Below are positions 25,879-37,369 of a DNA stretch of 64,000 nucleotides, piece by piece (within the stretch, counting starts at the first letter, position 1; every line of letters begins with the position of its first letter). The DNA is from Psilocybe cubensis (lineage: Eukaryota): NCBI GenBank assembly GCA_017499595.2, contig CM039003.1:186001-250000 (forward strand), in the 5' to 3' direction. A program made the translations under genes and the position numbers. The notes beneath the pieces were generated by a model. It was not told the DNA's origin and did no database searches. It saw only the letters and a program-made list of their open reading frames with translations.

Positions 25879-26307
25879 AATAGCAAAGTAGGCAAATGAA
25901 CGAGCAACTTCGGCGGGCAGAACAGGTCCTAGCCTTGACCTTTATAATGCTGGAAAACTTCCGAAGATCTGAAGAAGCAGTGTTTGGATTATCTTCCAGA
26001 AGCTTGATGGTTCTACCGAAAAACAATGGCTTGATAGATATAATACTGCCTATTGTGCACAGTGAAGACGTGAAGACCCCGAATGGGACATCATTTCTCA
26101 GGTGAGCTTCGACGATCTCTCTCTTCTTGGGGAAATAACACATTTATCACTGCTGTACAGAAATGAGGATCCATTGCGTTTACAGATGACCTCAATTTAA
26201 ACAAAATTCTGGAATCACATAGTGGGGATACTTATCTTACGATCACTTGCCAATTCTTTAGTAACATGGTAGAAATTAAAAGTTCTTTCGAGCTACCAAG
26301 ATAAACA

Positions 26308-26848
26308 TCAAGAGTTTTGCCTGGCTATGTTGGAGTGAATGATGGCCATTTTGCGTAACGACCCTTCACGATCCCGACGCTGCTTGGAGCTAGGCTGACC
26401 CTCCCGCTCTTTGATAGCGCCGATCTTGAGATAAAGGATCAGTAATTTATGAGTGTCAAGTTTCACTGCAAGACGCACCACTACGGATGCAAACATGACA
26501 GCCATTCTCGAATTGAGCATTTCTTCGTCCGTTATGTCAACCATATCTGGTGCATATGAGATCGATGCTAGTCTGGACAGTATTTTCTTTTGTTCTGTCT
26601 CATCCATATTCAGCCAGCCAGTGCTTATACGATTCGTAGGGCCTCTAACCCGTTGGACAGGTCATTACAAACAGGTAAATGATATATAATGGGAAATTCT
26701 CACATGTTGCGATGCATATTGACAACATAAGCAAGAGAATCTTCAATCTTCTTGTAGTAGAGGGCCCTGTGTTCCGGTGTACCTTTTGCAGGTGTCTCGA
26801 GTTCTGCTTGTGGGGACACCGAATCCTCGGACGGAGTAGAAGAGGCCA
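26308..26848 (-). CDS. Orphan three-exon family, member C
   Basis: MASSTPSEDSVSPQAELETPAKGTPEHRALYYKKIEDSLAYVVNMHRNI / GPTNRISTGWLNMDETEQKKILSRLASISYAPDM...FASVV / IGAIKEREGQPSS...RQNS*. Introns are phase 2 and phase 0. Confidence 0.6.
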
Positions 26849-27454
26849 TTGTATATGATGGTTTGACTCCAAGAGTAATTGAAACCCCGCTTCTTTTGTT
26901 ACCACTGTATCAGCGATGTCGAGCTTACCCCATACGGAGAGTTCCTGGGTGGGGAATGTCGGAATGTCATACCTAAGTAAAATCAGTAGAGGCGTAGGAT
27001 GATAGCGGTTGTCTGGTCGGGCCTAACCCGCACTTTGGTTTTAAAAATTGATCCAGAATGGATACAGATGTGAAATTATCGCTGTCCTTCAATACTTAGC
27101 TTCGTGGGGACTAAAGCTAACAACATTTGGCTTCATTCTCTTCCAGTCCGTCTTTGAAAAGAGTATCAATCACTACTGTGATTAGTGCTACCGTGCAATG
27201 CTGTGGCAACTGAGTTGGTTGCCTAAGTTTAATTAGCAGCTTTGAAATCTAACTTCAATGTATGCCCGTAGGCTGATCTGAATTTGTCCGGCTGCGCCAT
27301 CTTCCATAAACACAGCATTGTTTACAAAGCACAATACATAGGTAAGAAGGGGTCAGAAGGCATAAGAGCAATGAAAAGCTGTACTATCCAACTTTTGGGC
27401 GAGGAAGGTGTTGGGTTGTGTAGACGCATGATTACTTTCTGCATGTTCTTGGAC

Positions 27455-28013
27455 CTAATCATTGTTAGATGGAGAGCTCAATGCCGATGGATATGGTGCC
27501 TGTTTAAACCCATTGGCAGACGACTGCCGTATTAGAGTCAACTTCAAAAGGCTTGTTTTTCTGGTGCCCTTGGGGTGTTGGCTTGCTCTATGAGATCCAA
27601 GCGGAAACTGTACACATGGTTATGTATTTGGGGCGGGGTAGTGGGTCAATCATTTGGCTTGTTGTCACAGATAAGTTGGTACCTTACCACTTCTGATAGG
27701 ACCATGAATGACATAACTTGATCCAATACGCTTTGGTTGTCAGGATCCAGCATGTCATCCGGTATGTATTCGAAAGATTTCAAGATATTTCTTGAAATTA
27801 TTTCTCGTTTTGTCGGGCTCAAGGCAGACAAAACTCTAGCTTTCTCATTTTTGGGGAATCTGCGGGAATTTGTTAACTACACTTAACGAAGTTTGGGATA
27901 GATTTGATGACGAACAATTTGATGTATGTCTGTATGGCCCTGTCGACAGACTCTTTCACACTCTGGTAAACGAAATCGTGATACTGCGCCGTGTCTTTCT
28001 TGGGACACTCCAT
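27455..28013 (-). CDS. Orphan three-exon family, member D
   Basis: MECPKKDTAQYHDFVYQSVKESVDRAIQTYIKL / FPKNEKARVLSALSPTKREIISRNILKSFEYIPDDMLDPDNQSVLDQVMSFMVLSEV / FPLGSHRASQHPKGTRKTSLLKLTLIRQSS...*. An alternative in-frame ATG lies at 28091. Confidence 0.65.
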
Positions 28014-28284
28014 TGTTCCTTTGATGGCGTTGAAGCGTAAAACAGATTTTAGACTCCGATTTATTCTTTCGATGTTTAAATATTTGAGCATGATTTGAGC
28101 GCCGCTGTAAAGTGGTTCTAACCCAGTCTTATCTCCGCTTTGGGACTGTCACTATAGTCCCCCATTCTCCAGGTTAGCTAGAGGTCAAACCCGAACCCGG
28201 ATTGCCCGGTGCGGCAACATTCCTACCCCGAGAAACACAGAAGTGAAGAGTTTATCTGCGGTGAAATGACCAGTAATTGACAAT

Positions 28285-28880
28285 GACTCACCCCCTACCT
28301 GCAGTAATTCCCATAGCCCATGGGCTGTTAATGAGTCACTGACTGCTGATTTCACTTGGAACTTATAGATACAAAAAATTTGTTATAAAATTGAAGGTCT
28401 AACAAATTCCCTACTGACGATAGTGATAGCAAGCCAATATAGCAGTGAGTTTTCTTGAGCGCTTATATTATAAACCTCAGCAAGCAAACTCACTGGCTCT
28501 GCCCAACTTCAGATTTACACAGATAACAACGGTATTCCCAAGTTGATTATGCTCCGAGATATAGGAAAGCAGAAATCTGTAGCCGAACTGACGGTAATGC
28601 GTCCATGCCTTCGAAATTGCAAGTGTTGGAACGAGTGTCGAACCCATTCAATGGATTGTGTGCACATCATGATAAGGAGTGAGGTGCATGGCCCAGAGAT
28701 ATCAAGGCAGTTTTGTTCCTATCCGGTTCAGCCGGAAACTATTTAAATATACAATTTCTATAATATATACTCAGGAATCTATCGGAAATACCTGATATCC
28801 TGAATTCCGAGGGCATCCGAATGAGGTTCATTCGAGAGAATGTTTGATGGTTCATCGGCAAATGCCGGACGCCCATCTTT
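28285..28880 (-). repeat. Second copy of the degenerate ~600-bp segment
   Basis: Collinear similarity to 24105-24705. Confidence 0.75.
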
Positions 28881-29289
28881 GTTGCAGGGCGTCGTTGACT
28901 CGAGTGTGGAAAATATTTGGAAACGACATTGCTCAAGGGTAAACCCCAAAGGTAGCTATCTAGATACTTTACTCAGTGGTGGATCCCCAGGAGCTCAGTA
29001 ATAATGGTTAAAAGTCACAATGAAATTGCAAATTGATATGATGAAAAATATTAAAACTGAGAAACTACCTACGTTGTCGGATGCGATATCAAAATCTGAA
29101 AAGATTGAGAAATATCAAGATTTTCGCCCTCGAAGCTGTCATATGAGTCAGTCTGCCGGCGCACGGAAAACACTGCGTTCTCCACTTAAATGCTGCAATG
29201 GCACGCTGTTTTACGATGTGTCTGTCTCCACCTCCACCAACGATGTTTTGATATCGATCTTCTTCCCCCACCAATGGTTATGCAAGAAT

Positions 29290-29863
29290 TCACATATCCA
29301 TATACCCCATAATAATTCCACCTGTGGAGTCAGAAGACCCGTTCCCAACTTCATTCCCTCTGTACCCCTCCAAATTCCTAACTGGCATTGGGGGAGTCAA
29401 CGGAGGAGACCTCCTGTCTCTATGATCATTCTAATGAATACAAAGCGCTCTCAGTCTCATCGCACTATCAGTCCAAACAAGACAATTGACCATACCATAG
29501 CTTCAACCATGACCTTTGTCACGATATTGCGATCGAAATTCCCAAATTGGTCCATTGGCACGGTTCCATGCTCGAACGCGTGCGTCATGCGGCTGGTGTA
29601 AAACTGTTTGATGCTAGCTTTTCCAGCCGCGTTTCGTTTGGCCCAATAGTCCGCGATGGCGTAAAATGAATGAGATTCTTCGCGTTTGTTGTAACTGTGT
29701 TGTAGGGCATCGTAGATGATCAGCATTATTCAACCATGTCTATCTAAAGAGTCGCTGAAAAGGCGGAAGGTGCTTACATATTTTGTAGATATCCTATGAA
29801 TTTGTTGAAGGATATCTCGACGAGGCTAGTAACGGTAAAAACTTCTCGAGCGGAGGAAGACAT
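29290..29863 (-). pseudogene. Orphan three-exon family, member E, with an in-frame premature TGA
   Basis: TATATAA ~70 nt upstream. MSSSAREVFTVTSLVEISFNKFIGYLQNI / HG*IMLIIYDALQ...YWAKRN...VMVEAM / NDHRDRRSPPLTPP...SSDSTGGIIMGYMDM*. Confidence 0.5.
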
Positions 29864-31899
29864 GGTACAGGTATAGTATGAAAGAAAGCTTGAGAATGCG
29901 GGATGTTTCTCAAAGCCGCGAAGTGTCGATGATTATATACCCTCATACTTCTTTAGCCCATCAGCGCACCCGCGTGTATGGTACCCATTGTACATCCTTT
30001 TGAGGAAGTAAACTGAATGTTTTGGGAAGGTGCTTCTCATGTGATGTTGCTCTACGGTTTAACAATGAGCATTAGCCGAGCGGAGTTGGTAGTGAAGCCG
30101 GTGCTTTGACCTATGGACCTACTTCTCCATTTGTGACTCAGTGACTGTATACGTGTAGAGCAGAGACATTGGTCCGTCGAATGTTTGTGAACCATTTGAT
30201 TACAACTTTGTTTAGAACTCATGGAAAAATAAACAGGCAGTAAAAAACCAGGATAATCAGCATGAAGGGTGAAAGACCGCCTAAATGACGATTGCCATAT
30301 TAACCACTGGCACTTCCGGGGTCATTAGACGAAGCGGAAATGCCTTCACCTACTGGCCTCACACTCACACAATCAACATCTACAGGCCACTGTACTGTTC
30401 TACAAAAAGGGTTTGAGAGCGATACCTCGGTGAATATTTCCAATTCCCCGGGCCTTCGCAAACATCAAGTTCTGGGCGAAGGTCGTTGAGCACTCATTGC
30501 TACCACTATCTCGACAGTTATTGAACATTCAAAGAGGCTTATATACAAAGTATGAACAGTCCCACTTGGACTGGCCTGTTCATCTATCTATTCACAGTCC
30601 CTTGAAGCCGGGAAGATTGGGGGAGGCGTGAGCGCTTAAAATAGAATCCCGAGCAAAATGGAAGGTCTGGAATAGGGCCCGGGGGAGGTGTAGTCATGGC
30701 AGAAGATGGGCTAATTAGAGACCTACAGAAAAGCCCAACGAACATCAACATAAGACCTTTGTGTCAAGAAATTTGGGCGACATTTCCCTGGAAGCCCTCG
30801 GGCGTATGAACACCGCAAATGGCACAGCGTGTTACACACGTAGCCGCAGAACCAAACTTCCTTGTCTGATAAAATGCAAAAAGATGCCATTAATTGACAG
30901 CAATTTTCTGTACACCTAGCATATGTTCTCATAAATCTTTGAAGAGTCCGTTGCGACTGGCTTTTCTCGTACTCCGGCGAAAGAAGACACGCGACATGGG
31001 GATAATCCAAAACGAACCTACCAACAAATGCATGGTTTCCTGGCCACTGTATGGTCGTGTTTCGAGATGACATCGTGTTTGACTACAATCTGCACGTATA
31101 TTTCTACGAATCAGGAGACTGCGCTCAGCCTCAGCCTTTGGTTGATAGCAGATGTTCACGAATAATCCGAGCTGACTGGATATGGAAGGTGGGAATACTT
31201 TGGACACCGCCACAGAGTTTGGAGGTCAACTTGTGCTTGATTCGGTGCACTGCGATCTACGTCCTCAGGTCCTCAGAGCCTGCTGAAGCACATAACTTCT
31301 CTGGCCTGACATTGCTTTATTTTGCCTTAAACATTAAGAAATCACTGCGGAAATCTTTCCAGATCTACAACTAGTAAACGCCAGGGCCCTATCTCATGTG
31401 CGGCCTTTGGAGCAACCTGTGTAAAAGCAGTTAACAGTCATAGATTTACAATAACTGTTTGACGGTACATAGAAATTAGAGAAGAATTGAGCTTAGCCTA
31501 TTGTGCTGCCGCTGGCAGAAGCAGCACAATAAGACGGTAAGATTTCAGCTTAGTAAAGTTCATAAACGACTTCGGAAGTCAATTTATATTGCATAATGGG
31601 TTTTGTGTGCAACTACGCCGCGCCCGCGATTGTATTCCATTCATTCATTATTCCTCCCCTCCTTGAGCGGGGCCAAACCAGGTCCGCTGCTTCGAACTTC
31701 TTCTAGTGCGATCAATCATACGGATCACGGTGATGTTATACCTTCTATGGGTTCCTTCGTTATCCTTTTACGTAGACTATTTATATATTGTATGACTAAA
31801 ACATGGTTTTATGGGTGCTGCGTTGATTGGGCGTCGGGACCGCTTCCGCAGTTAGTTTGCTCGTTTACTCAATTTGTGTATGAAGGCGGGGGATGTTGC

Positions 31900-32520
31900 C
31901 TCCCGATTCTCGAATGCATTGGCATCCTACCAGTCATGCAATCTATGCACACAGCAAAGTTCACTGCATCTGAAGGAATTTGTTGCCTATGTTGCCACCC
32001 CACCGCTACAGTAGCCAGTAGCTCTGTTACCTTGTTCTGTCTGTCCCGGTGATTTTGCGCTCTGTGGTGATCTTTGCATCCTTCTGCGTACCCCATGTGC
32101 TCATTGTACTCATTGGCTCAAATTGTGCATGGAAGGCGGGGAATGTTGTCTCCCAATTCTCGAAGGCATTGGCATACTATTAGCCATATATTAATCAATA
32201 CACATGCGAAAGAATTCACTGCGTTCGAAGGACTTTGTCACCACCCCATCGCTACAAACTAAAATGCCCGACAGCTGAGTTACCTAACTCTGTTTGTCCC
32301 GCTCACTTTTCAGTCGATGGTGATCTTCACCCATCCTTCTGCTGACTACTGTGCTCGTTTACTCTATTTGTGCAGCCATCCTACCCATCATTCATTGATC
32401 AATACGCATGCGGCAAAACTCACTGCATTCGAAGGAGCTTCTCACCACCCCACCGCTATAGTGCCGACAGCTCAGTTACCTGGCTCTGTCTATTCAATCT
32501 GTGGTGATCTTCGCCCAATC
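31900..32520. repeat. Three imperfect ~210-250-bp tandem repeats
   Basis: The block cactgc(a/g)t(c/t)(t/c)gaagga...caccccaccgcta...gttacct...ggtgat recurs at ~31960, ~32215 and ~32420. Confidence 0.75.
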
Positions 32521-32777
32521 TTCTGTGTACCATTTACCGCCGGTCCCCATGTGGGTAGAGCAGTGATGTGCCGGTCAGATAACTGTCAGCGAAGTCAGAA
32601 GCAGTTACGTTCCCATCAGTAACCGTCATGACCATGACCATGACCTGACCAACTATACCATAAAAGGTATTTTCTCAGGGGAATCGAGACTGGCTCTGTA
32701 GTAGCAAGATAGATTATATAATACAAGCAAACTAAAAAAATATCAACTGTGATGCCGTGGTTCAATTTTGGAAAATA

Positions 32778-35700
32778 CTGTACCCGACCCTGAATATGGC
32801 CATTTCGGAATGTTCTTCAAATTGCGAGCGCCTTGCCAAACCGTTTGCTACAATTCTTTTTGAAAAACGTCGGCGTACATCTTAACTTTAACATATAAAA
32901 TTTTCAGATTTTTTGAGTGTTTTGAGGAAGGGCAATGAATATTTTTCTACCGAAACCCCAAAATGTGGCTTTACACGGCAACCAGCCAGGCGTGGGAATC
33001 TTGGCATTATTGACCGCAGTCGATGCTCGCGATAAGGATTCTCACCTTTTCTACGCAGTCATCATCAACGTTCTTGCTCCCTCGTCCATTTAACACCAAT
33101 CGGCTAAAGGTAACACTTTGTTTGTACATTTTTCATATGAAATAGCCACTATTTATGAGTTTTACGTCTAGGATACCGTCTTGCACCAACATCTTCAAGG
33201 TTGATAAGTGGTGGGTCAGCTGCCTCAACCGTTGGGGGCTCAGCTTGAGCATCGTTGTTGTTGCGAAGGGATGTTGGATTTGGTTGATGATGGGCTGGTG
33301 GAGGCTGAGGTTCTTCAGGTGCGATATATACAATCATCCTTATCCTTTTCCACTCTTCATCAAAAGCCACTGTTGCCAGTCCCTGATCCAAATCAGCATC
33401 ATCATCAATGTGAGTCTCAGTAACAGCTCGTCTGGTCACCCTTTTCCTGCCCCCTCCCCTTCCACGTATATGAACTTGTGCTCGGACTTTTGCTGCAGCT
33501 ATTTCTTCAGCCCGCTTTACCTTTTCTGCAGCCTTTTCTGCAGCCTTTGCCTCTCGCTCCTTTTTCTTTTTCTCTTTCTCTACTTCCTTTTCAGTATCTC
33601 GCCTCTGCTTCTCTGCCTCTCGCTCTGCTCGCTTTGAAGCCTGTTCTGCCATTCTAACCTCTAGTGCAGCCTCCTTCTCCGCATCATCAATTGCCTTCCG
33701 CCTTGCCTTTAGTATTTTACCTGCTTCTTTTAACATTGCTTTCCAGCCCTGTCGCCACTCAGCCTCTGCAAGTTCATTGAGGTTCTCGGTACTAGTCATA
33801 TGGCGGGGATTTGATGATGAGTAAGTCTTCTTTCTAGTAGAATCCCGGTGATATAAGAGTTGTCGGAGGCGCTCATTCTCCTTTACCATAATTGTTTTTG
33901 TTGCATGGTCCCGTTCGATTTGGATTTGCATATCATCGAGTAGTTTTCGCAGTTGTGATATTTGTAATCGTAGTTCAGGGCGTCCGGCCGTATGAGAGAG
34001 TGAAGGAGGTAATCCAATTAAGCGATATCGACTTGAAACAGATGATGCTGAAGACATAGTCGAGAGTATAGTAGGTGCCGCCTCAGACTGTGTGCCTATA
34101 CTGTGCTCACTTGGTGTAGACTGTGTTGTATCTGATGTAGTGTCTGATTAATTGTATGTAAAAAAATGATACATTGACTTACCTGGCACAATCTCGAGAA
34201 GTGGAGTAAGATCAGATGTAACGGGTAGAGCAGCCTGAGTTGTTGTGTTTTTGGATGGCTCGTATGCTTCTAATGGAATAATTCCCGGATTGATAGGCCA
34301 GATGCCGGTTTTTGCAAATGCAGAAATAATTGTAGACCTTTTGAATGCCTTTTCTCGTGCAGTGTGGTAATGTCGGAGAAAGTTAAACTTGGTAACAGGA
34401 ATGCCGTCGCGTGTTAACCGGTTTACCAGTGATTTCCAGCTATTGGATAACGGGCTGAAAGCACCAACATCACAAGGCTGCAACACATGGGTAGTATGGG
34501 AAGGGAGGCAAACAATGACAATCTTGTTCCGTTCTGCAAAGCGGCAAAGCTTGAAAGTGCAGTGTGAGTTGTGACCATCAAGTATAAGCAACCGGTACCC
34601 TCCAGATGTGTTGCGCTCTTCTGATTTTGGATGAAAATCCCGCTCTAGCCACATGCTTCCAAGCTCTTTATCAGTCCACCCATTTTCCGAAATAGATAAA
34701 CTGTATTAAATGTATAAAATATCTGAGTTTGCATTATATACAATATAACAGAAAGTCTACCTAGCGTTAGATGGATTATCCTTTCCCCATTCCAATATAC
34801 GCCGCTTTGCTTGATAGATAACTGATGGCGAAAGTGATGTGCCATCAGCACAAATGGTTTCAATAATAGTCACCATTTCACGGTTCCCATTTTCAACTTG
34901 TTGTACATTTTTCTGTGTTTTGTCAACAATTGCAGAAACAGCTTTTCCAACGCCAAGTTGTATTCCTTTTTCATCTGAGTTATAGATGTTGCTTGGTATG
35001 ATATCATATTCCTAAATCAAGGAGATCTTTGAATTATGTCATATCTAGGGATGATATTTTTACATGCCTCGATTAGATCTTTGATCATCACAAAAAACTC
35101 TCCAACAACTGTCGGATTCAAAGAGCGGGCCCGACATTCCTCAAGTGCAGAGGTTTTTTTGATTTTAAGATCAGTATGTCGTTCCAAAAACTTCCGGGGC
35201 CAGTTGATACCAATTTTCTGTTGTGATATTTCCTAAAAAATAGTACAGTATAAGTAACAGATTACCAATCACAGCACATACAATATAACAAAATAGCACT
35301 TACTGAAGCATATTCCCGAAGCATGTCCTGAGTTACAGGAAACCCCCGTCGTCCTAATGTCTTTGCCCAATCAACTAGAATACTTTCTTCGGCATCTGAA
35401 AGTGCACGTTCGCCTGCATGTGCATCACGTTTGGTTTTGACTCCATTTAGCCGATTAGTCAACATTCCACGCTTGACACTGTAAATGCGACAGGCCTCCC
35501 GGATTGACAGTGTGTGCTGACCATTAGACTTTAAAGGTGAGGACATAATGGCCTGAATAGCTTCTTGAATCCGATTTTCTACAGTATTATTGATAAGATC
35601 TGGGATGTCATCATTGGTAGAATCATGTGGAGAAACAGGAGAGGTTGTAGACATTCTGTGAGTAGTTGAGGAAGAAAAGCGAGTACAGCTGATTTCTAGT

Positions 35701-36523
35701 AGCTACTGACAGTGTATCCTACTTAGTTATTATATACTAGGGGTGGAATTAAAGGAGGACATACTTCGGACTTTTTATGGCATTTTGTATGATTCTTCCA
35801 CTTTTCCGAGTGCTATAACTTGGTGAGATGGTGGTTCTATCATTCAAAAATTGGTATTCAATGTCATAGGACATTGCAAAACACAAACGCGCCTTCAATT
35901 TCTGCCGATCTTTAGCCGTTCTGAAGAACTTCTTTCAATGTTGAAGGTGTTCAAAATTAGCTACTTTTTACTGATTGTCATATTTCAAGCCTAAAAAAAT
36001 CGCAAAAAATAAGAGAAGCGAGATTGTGGTACCTTGAAGTGTTATCACTGTAGATCAAGTCATTGTTTGCCGCAATTTTTCCTCATCTTCTCCGAATACT
36101 GCATACAATATGCATATGTTTAAATAGGCAAATCAGTCAAGTCATGCACTTAATTTCCAATTCTCGGAATATTCTCTGGAGATATCTACTTGGAATCGAA
36201 TGTATATTGTAGCCAGGGCTATATATGACCGACGTATACTGTTTTTGTGTCTGCTCAGCGCAGTTGTTGTGTTTGACCAAGTCGATAATTATGGATTAGA
36301 CGTGAGAATGATTAGCAAATCAATGGTGATGGTGAAATCTCACGGTGTATTGGCAAGATTGTGGCAGCAATACTTACTGCCTTGCTCTAAAAGTTTCTGA
36401 TGTGGTGTAGAAGTACCACAAGAGCAGTAATACACAAAAAGATTGAAAGAAATTGCTATACAACTCGTCAAAATTGCTCAGTGGCCATTTTCCGGGGTTG
36501 GCCGGTTTCAGGGTCGGGTACAG
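32778..36523 (-). mobile_element. pogo/Fot1-type Tc1-mariner DNA transposon
   Basis: Perfect 17-bp TIR CTGTACCCGACCCTGAA at both ends, flanked by TA at 32776-77 and 36524-25. Encodes a DDE_1 transposase. Confidence 0.9.
33149..35654 (-). CDS. DDE_1 (pogo/CENP-B-like) transposase, apparently intact
   Basis: HTH region LSIREACRIYSV..LSDAEESILVDW; WPRKFLERH; catalytic motifs IYNSDEKG, LLILDGHNSH and HTTHVLQPCDVG; charged C-terminal tail. Several introns, including a GC-AG intron at 35012-35067. Confidence 0.88.
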
Positions 36524-37369
36524 TAGCACTGATGGCACTGAGTCAGCATTGACAGCCGAATGGGTAACGTCATGACCGCTATGAACAGTCACTAACCGTC
36601 TCTGACTTTGATGCTAACCGTAACTTTTATGACCGTCATCCATGGGCTGACCGCCCACCACTGGGGTAGAGACGGTGCATCTGCTTGGATTAAGCTAGAA
36701 AAGCGATGCTGGCTAAATATAACGCACTCCCCGTTCCCACATCTTCGCGGAGGGTAACGCAGACCGCGAATATAATAAATTAGAGTAGGTGCTGAGAGAG
36801 CAACGGGGTTATTTTTAAAAACGTCACCAGATAGGGTGCGTCATTATATTCTTTCGACGGTCTATCCGGGGTGGAAGCGCGCACATAGATACCGAGGATG
36901 AGAAGCGCGCCTCACTGCCATGAAATTAGGAGAATACAGCCTCTACACTTGTAGCTGTTGTACAGCATGGCCATGGTAATAATTTTCGACCACGTTCGTT
37001 CAACCTAGCAGTAAGATAATTGAAACTGTATAACAAACAACATTGTAAGATAAGGTGAGTAAAATCATGTCCAACGATGACTCGCATCTCTCTCCAATCG
37101 AGGTATTTATTACGACAGCGGCAAGGCACCGGAGAGGCGGTGTGATGCGCCAAGGCGGTGCGCCTGTTCACACGCACAGGGCAGGGGGCAGGGGAGTTAC
37201 GTAATCCTGGCCCTCTTGTACGAATTCAAGTTCCGCTTAAAAACGTGGTACCATACGTTCGTCGACGCTTTGCTCACAACCATCCCCCGCTGCTCGTCGC
37301 CAGCCCCGCTTCCAGCACAACTACAAACCCACAAGTCGCCGCTGCCACCGCACAACCTCCCCGAGAACC

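Larger units (their letters stand above)
32561..36663. mobile_element. Non-autonomous hAT-like MITE (~355 bp of own sequence) interrupted by a pogo element
   Basis: Imperfect TIRs CAGTGATGTGCCGGTCAG and, reverse-complemented, CAGTGGTGGGCGGTCAG. Identical 8-bp flanks GGGTAGAG at 32553-32560 and 36664-36671. Subterminal taaccgt/tgacc motifs. Confidence 0.7.

Noticed and set aside
22222-29863. Homeodomain mating-type (HD1/HD2) locus
   Set aside because: No WF.N.R homeodomain motif, the genes are short and all on one strand, and no flanking mip gene is seen.
30700-31400. 100-aa ORFs on both strands
   Set aside because: No motifs, no coherent exon structure and no similarity to the neighbouring family.
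32561-36663. A single novel transposon combining a pogo transposase with an 8-bp TSD
   Set aside because: Inner perfect TIRs with TA flanks explain it more simply as a nested insertion.
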